From a bacterium (GTDB lineage Bacteria > Zhuqueibacterota > Zhuqueibacteria > Residuimicrobiales > Krinioviventaceae): 64,000 bases of DNA. The position numbers were made by a program, and so were the translations under genes. The stretch's first letter is position 1. The number at the start of each line of letters is the position of its first letter. The stretch covers positions 1,152,001-1,216,000 of the forward strand of contig OY843751.1 of the NCBI GenBank assembly GCA_963693055.1, given 5' to 3'. Positions 59,654-64,000 of this stretch are shown piece by piece. A model generated the notes under the pieces. It was given only the letters and a program-made list of their open reading frames with translations, did no database searches and was not told the origin of the DNA.

Positions 59654-61134
59654 GTATATCTGTAAAACGGAGATCGTTTGTTAAAGCCCTGACGGGTTCC
59701 GCTGTTATGGCTTTATTACAGCCTGATAGCATTTTTGCCGGTAACCGTGAACGTTTGCCTAATATTGTATTTATTATTTGTGATCAAATGCGGGGAGATG
59801 CGCTGAGCTGTTTAGGCAGTCCAAATGCCCGTACTCCGCATCTGGACAAGCTGGCTGAAAAAGGGGTATTGTTTAAAAACTTTTTTTCAAACAATCCGGT
59901 TTGTGCGCCTTCACGGGTATCTTTTTTTACAGGTCTTTATCCGCATCAGCATGGTAAATTGACCAATCCCAGCGGCAAGTTTGTTGAATCATTCGATGCC
60001 TGGATGCCCGGATATTTCCGCAAACAAGGATACAAAGTCGGATGGGTGGGAAAAAATCACACGGCCAGTAAACAAGTAATGCAGCGAATGGATTCCAGCA
60101 CCATCAGGGCGAGAGAACCCTTTCGGCAATATAACAAGTTTGTGCCACCATGCTGGCATTCGGATTTGTATTGGCCTGATGAACAGTGTTATCCCGCAAT
60201 GAATACCCGTGACGCGACCAAGTTTGTAAATGAATCTGCGGACACTCTTTTCTTTTTGCATGTGAGTTATTTTGATCCTCATCCACCGTATATGGCTTCA
60301 TCAAAATATACCATTCAATACGCTGGCAAGGACATGGTTTTACCCGAGTATATTGACCCTGCTAAATTAAACAGTCGCCTCGCTAAACAAGCCAGGGCCC
60401 TGCACTATGACAGAATACAGGATTCGGACTTGAAAGAAACCCTGCGATATTATTATGCTGCAATCGAAGGGGGAGTAGATGCTCAAGTGGGTCAGTTGAT
60501 GGACGCTCTTGAGAAAAAAAGATTAATGGATAATACTATAATTGTGTTCACATCAGATCATGGTGATTTTATGGGTGAGTATAGAATGGTGCGTAAAGGC
60601 ATGTTTCATTATGATGCTTTGGTGCATATCCCGTTTATTATATACGCACCCGGAATAACCGGAAAGGGTATTAAACTCGATACTATGGCACAGGGAGTGG
60701 ATTTGTATCCGACCCTGATCGAATTGACTGGTGGAAGAGTGCCGGGTACATTGCCGGGACGGTCGTTAGTTTCTTACTTGTCCGGTGATAAAGAGGACGT
60801 TCCCGATGCAACCGTGTTTGCTTCGGCAGCATATAGTGATTTACCGGAAGATTATTTTGAAAATCCGGAACCGGCCTATAATCCGGACAGTGATGTACCG
60901 TTTCATACGCGCGTGCAAAATCTGACCTGGAAAGCTGAACGGCGAACCATTATGGCGCGTACTCGCGAGTGGAAACTGATTGTGAACGAGACGGGTGAAA
61001 ACGAGCTGTATCATATGGATGGTGGATATACTGAAAAAGAAAATCTGATACATGATGAGCGATACGCAGAGATACGACAAAAGCTTTTAAAGAAAATCAT
61101 GCAGCAATGGGACTGGCAAAACAGCAAGATCTAA
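59638..61134 (+). CDS. Tat-exported formylglycine-dependent (S1) sulfatase
   Basis: KRRSFVK Tat motif, CDQ, CAPSR (CxPxR), GKNH, PHPP and SDHG...RKG. Confidence 0.92.
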   Translation: MEKSISISVKRRSFVKALTGSAVMALLQPDSIFAGNRERLPNIVFIICDQMRGDALSCLGSPNARTPHLDKLAEKGVLFKNFFSNNPVCAPSRVSFFTGLYPHQHGKLTNPSGKFVESFDAWMPGYFRKQGYKVGWVGKNHTASKQVMQRMDSSTIRAREPFRQYNKFVPPCWHSDLYWPDEQCYPAMNTRDATKFVNESADTLFFLHVSYFDPHPPYMASSKYTIQYAGKDMVLPEYIDPAKLNSRLAKQARALHYDRIQDSDLKETLRYYYAAIEGGVDAQVGQLMDALEKKRLMDNTIIVFTSDHGDFMGEYRMVRKGMFHYDALVHIPFIIYAPGITGKGIKLDTMAQGVDLYPTLIELTGGRVPGTLPGRSLVSYLSGDKEDVPDATVFASAAYSDLPEDYFENPEPAYNPDSDVPFHTRVQNLTWKAERRTIMARTREWKLIVNETGENELYHMDGGYTEKENLIHDERYAEIRQKLLKKIMQQWDWQNSKI

Positions 61135-61161
61135 ATATGAATTGATAATACAGGAACCAAT

Positions 61162-62448
61162 ATGGCAATTCGAATTAAAGCAACTGATGCAAATTTTGAA
61201 AGAGAACCCCTAATCAGACCTTTTGGCTTTAAAGGGGGATATATGAATGAGATATGGCAGAGCGCCGCATTGATGGAAAGTGAAAACGGTTTCCGCGAGG
61301 TGGGCCTGTGTACGCACAGTGTTTTGTGGTCAGATGCCAAAGTATTTGCAGACCATTCAGATACCGGCGGTAATGCTTTAATGCATTCCATGACCGAATA
61401 CGCACTGCAATTGGTAAATGATATTCCTTTTGACAATCCCGTACAATTATTAGATCAGCTTTTGGAACCGGTTTACGAGTATGGAAAAATGATTACGGGC
61501 AATGTAGATCTTCGCAAAACCTTTGCTTTAAATGCCCTGGTAGGTGTTGATAATGCAGCCTGGTTAATTTATGCAAAAGAATTGGGAATCAATAATTTTG
61601 ATGATCTGGTTCCGGCTGCATTCAAGCCGGCGCTCTCTCATCATCATAAAAAGGTTGCCAGTATTCCTTTGATGGCATACGCAATACCCATTGAAGAAAT
61701 TGTAGATGCCGTTAACCAGGGATATTTCTTTATGAAAATCAAGATCGGTCAGCCTGGTACTCAGGAAGAAATGTTGGAAAAGGACAAGGCCCGGCTTTCA
61801 GCTATTCATAAGGCTATTGGGCATATGGAGACCGGGTATTCCCAATCCGGTAAACTCCCTTATTATTTTGACGCCAATGGCAGATACGAGAGCAAAGAAA
61901 TGTTAAAACGCCTGTTGGATCATGCTGATAAAATTGGTGCGTTTGATCAGATTGCCATTGTTGAGGAACCGTTTCCAGAACATGTTGAGGATTTTGTTGG
62001 CGATTTGGGAGTTCGTATTGCAGCGGATGAAAGCGCACATACGGATAAAGATGCCCTGGCTCGCATGGAAATGGGATATGGGGCTATGGCTTTAAAGGCT
62101 ATTGCAAAAACCTTGAGCATGACGTTAAAAATTGCTCAACTGGCACATGAAAAAAATGTGCCCTGTTTTTGTGCGGATTTGACTGTGAATCCGATTTTGG
62201 TTGAATGGAATAAAAATGTGGCCGCCAGATTGGCACCGTTCCCTGAATTGGGCCTGGGATTAATGGAAACCAACGGTCACCAGAATTATAAAAACTGGAA
62301 AACAATGGTGGAGAAGCATCCTTATCCTGACGCGAAATGGCGGGAAACGCATAAAGGTGTGTTTGATCTGGATGATGATTATTATGAAAAAAACGGGGGT
62401 GTTTTTACTCCTTCCCCTTTTTACGCTAGAATGTTTGAGAAAAAATAA
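61162..62448 (+). CDS. enolase/mandelate-racemase superfamily enzyme
   Basis: KIK, DANG, EEP and DES metal-ligand motifs. Confidence 0.8.
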   Translation: MAIRIKATDANFEREPLIRPFGFKGGYMNEIWQSAALMESENGFREVGLCTHSVLWSDAKVFADHSDTGGNALMHSMTEYALQLVNDIPFDNPVQLLDQLLEPVYEYGKMITGNVDLRKTFALNALVGVDNAAWLIYAKELGINNFDDLVPAAFKPALSHHHKKVASIPLMAYAIPIEEIVDAVNQGYFFMKIKIGQPGTQEEMLEKDKARLSAIHKAIGHMETGYSQSGKLPYYFDANGRYESKEMLKRLLDHADKIGAFDQIAIVEEPFPEHVEDFVGDLGVRIAADESAHTDKDALARMEMGYGAMALKAIAKTLSMTLKIAQLAHEKNVPCFCADLTVNPILVEWNKNVAARLAPFPELGLGLMETNGHQNYKNWKTMVEKHPYPDAKWRETHKGVFDLDDDYYEKNGGVFTPSPFYARMFEKK

Positions 62449-62459
62449 TAGGAAGTAGA

Positions 62460-63224
62460 ATGGGACCGTTATTTGATTTAAACTCCCGAGTGATTCTGGT
62501 AACCGGATCAGGCGGTGGTTTGGGATATACCATGGCAAAAGGCCTGGCACAGGCAGGCGCTTTTGTGGTACTGAATGGTAGAAATGAAGAAAAATTAGAG
62601 GCTGCTGTAAAAAGTTTGAAAAATGAAAATTTGACTGTTGTAGGTGTACCCTTTGATATAAATGACGAGAAACAGGTAAAGAGCAGTATCGTGAAAATCG
62701 AAAAAGATCTGGGCCCTATTGATGTGCTGGTTAATAATGCAGGAATTCAGCACCGGGGCTCGTTAGAGACCATTGAGAAAAAAGATTTTGATAAAGTCAT
62801 TGAAACAAATCTGACAGGTGCGTTTCTGGTCAGTAAACATGTTGTGCAGGGGATGATCAAACGCCAAAAGGGTAAAGTTATTAATATCTGTTCATTAATG
62901 AGCTCGCTGGGAAGATACACTGTAGGGCCATATGCTGCCGCCAAAGGAGGTTTGGCCATGTTGACCAAAGCTATGGCAGTAGACTGGGCGCAATACAATA
63001 TTCAGGTCAATGGCATAGCTCCCGGATATTTTATAACAGAAATGACCCAGCCATTGGCCGATGATCAGGAATTTGATACCTGGCTAAAGAAACGAACACC
63101 CGCAAACCGTTGGGGGGATCCCACGGAATTAATTGGCACCGCTATTTACTTGTCTACACAGGCTTCGGCTTTTGTAAATGGTCAAGTAATTTATGTAGAC
63201 GGTGGAATAATGGCATCAATTTAA
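62460..63224 (+). CDS. gluconate 5-dehydrogenase-like SDR (IdnO/KduD group)
   Basis: TGSGGGLG, NNAGIQHR, ICSLMS, YAAAK, NGIAPGYF and RTPA.RWG motifs. Confidence 0.85.
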   Translation: MGPLFDLNSRVILVTGSGGGLGYTMAKGLAQAGAFVVLNGRNEEKLEAAVKSLKNENLTVVGVPFDINDEKQVKSSIVKIEKDLGPIDVLVNNAGIQHRGSLETIEKKDFDKVIETNLTGAFLVSKHVVQGMIKRQKGKVINICSLMSSLGRYTVGPYAAAKGGLAMLTKAMAVDWAQYNIQVNGIAPGYFITEMTQPLADDQEFDTWLKKRTPANRWGDPTELIGTAIYLSTQASAFVNGQVIYVDGGIMASI

Positions 63225-63245
63225 GCTAAAACGGCAACATTCTAC

Positions 63246-63287
63246 TTGACCGGGAGTATAGAGTTTATTATATTAAGTACTCGAGTA
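63246..63287 (+). promoter_or_regulatory. putative sigma70 promoter plus palindromic operator upstream of the LacI gene
   Basis: TTGACC-N17-TATATT (63246-63274), then the perfect palindrome TACTCGAGTA (63278-63287) near the expected start site. Confidence 0.5.
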
Positions 63288-63305
63288 AGTAAAAAGGGGT
63301 AGTTT

Positions 63306-64000
63306 GTGGCTGTAAGACAGATAGATATTGCTAAAAAACTTGGCGTTACACGTATCACGGTTTCAAAGGCTTTATGCGACCATCCGGATATATCGGAGGC
63401 CATGAAAGTCAAAGTGCGCAAAACCGCTGAAGATATGGGGTATATACCCAATCGGTTAGCCAGTCAATTGCAAACCAAAAAGTCATACACCATTGGTGTA
63501 GTTGTTCCGGGTATTGCAAATTCATTTTTTTCACTGGTGACTCATGGTATAATCGATTATGCTACTCCTAAAGGCTATCATATTATTCTTACGGTATCAC
63601 TTGAAAATCCGGAAATGGAGCTGGAAAATCTGCGTACTCTTATGTCCATGCGGGTGGATGGTATCCTCATTTCCGTTTCTCAAAACACGATTGATACCGG
63701 TATTTTTGAATTGATAAAGCAGTATGAAATTCCCCTGATCTTTTTTGATCGGGATATTCCGGGGCTGGATTGTTTCAGCCGTGTAGGCATTGACAATGTA
63801 AAAGCCGCAAAAGAACTTTTAGATTTTGTTTTAGATAAAGGCTATACCCGTGTAGCGCATTTGGCGGGTACACAGGTATCTACTATAGGCAGAGACCGTT
63901 ATGAGGGCTATTTACAATCCATGAAAGCACATGGCATTGAACCTGATCCAAAATTGTTTATTGAAGGCGGATTTGATGTGAAATCCGGTTATAATGGCTT
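63306..64000 (+). CDS. LacI-family transcriptional regulator (runs off 3' edge)
   Basis: GTG start, MAVRQIDIAKKLGVTRITVSKAL...GYIPNRLA.QL..KKSYTIGVVVP.I.NSFF...MRVDGILI. Not in the supplied ORF track. Confidence 0.92.
   Translation, partial: MAVRQIDIAKKLGVTRITVSKALCDHPDISEAMKVKVRKTAEDMGYIPNRLASQLQTKKSYTIGVVVPGIANSFFSLVTHGIIDYATPKGYHIILTVSLENPEMELENLRTLMSMRVDGILISVSQNTIDTGIFELIKQYEIPLIFFDRDIPGLDCFSRVGIDNVKAAKELLDFVLDKGYTRVAHLAGTQVSTIGRDRYEGYLQSMKAHGIEPDPKLFIEGGFDVKSGYNG

Overview
Gene-dense window from an AT-rich (backbone roughly 35% GC by spot counts) diderm bacterium. Signal peptides, Tat substrates and gene families suggest an FCB-group lineage such as KSB1 or Calditrichota, which is inference only. 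From left to right it contains: (1) the 3' end of cydB; (2) two tandem 7TM-PAS sensors ending in a Cys4 tail with no catalytic output, an outer-membrane beta-barrel, a previously unannotated shattered nitroreductase pseudogene and an AlkC-type glycosylase; (3) a 26-kb Wzx/Wzy capsule locus (mini-OPX, wzc, orphan wbpB, cysC-cysD-cysN-SLC13-cysQ PAPS block, chimeric beta-helix lipoprotein, a very low-GC wzx/wzy/GT cassette, DUF362, wecG, GME-like epimerase, priming transferase, UDP-xylose synthase, wzi) with no recognisable sulfotransferase; (4) a metallophosphoesterase and a DUF4332-Kbp-DUF937-HtpX-beta-CASP operon; (5) a LOV-PP2C blue-light phosphatase followed by a probably sigma54-driven chemosensory operon with a double-hairpin soluble receptor, a STAS protein, a receptor with two nested extracytoplasmic CZB domains, a His-to-Asn pseudokinase, CheD and a multi-PAS hybrid kinase; (6) an exported deacetylase/ADP-ribosylglycohydrolase/nucleoside hydrolase plus ribokinase block; (7) a Tat oxidoreductase/sulfatase/enolase-family/gluconate-5-dehydrogenase/LacI block. 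No rRNA, tRNA, CRISPR array or transposase was seen. The best candidates for undescribed systems are the light/partner-switch-coupled chemosensory module, the periplasmic ADP-ribose/riboside salvage operon and the PAPS-equipped but sulfotransferase-less mosaic capsule locus. All calls come from motif recognition by eye, without database searches.
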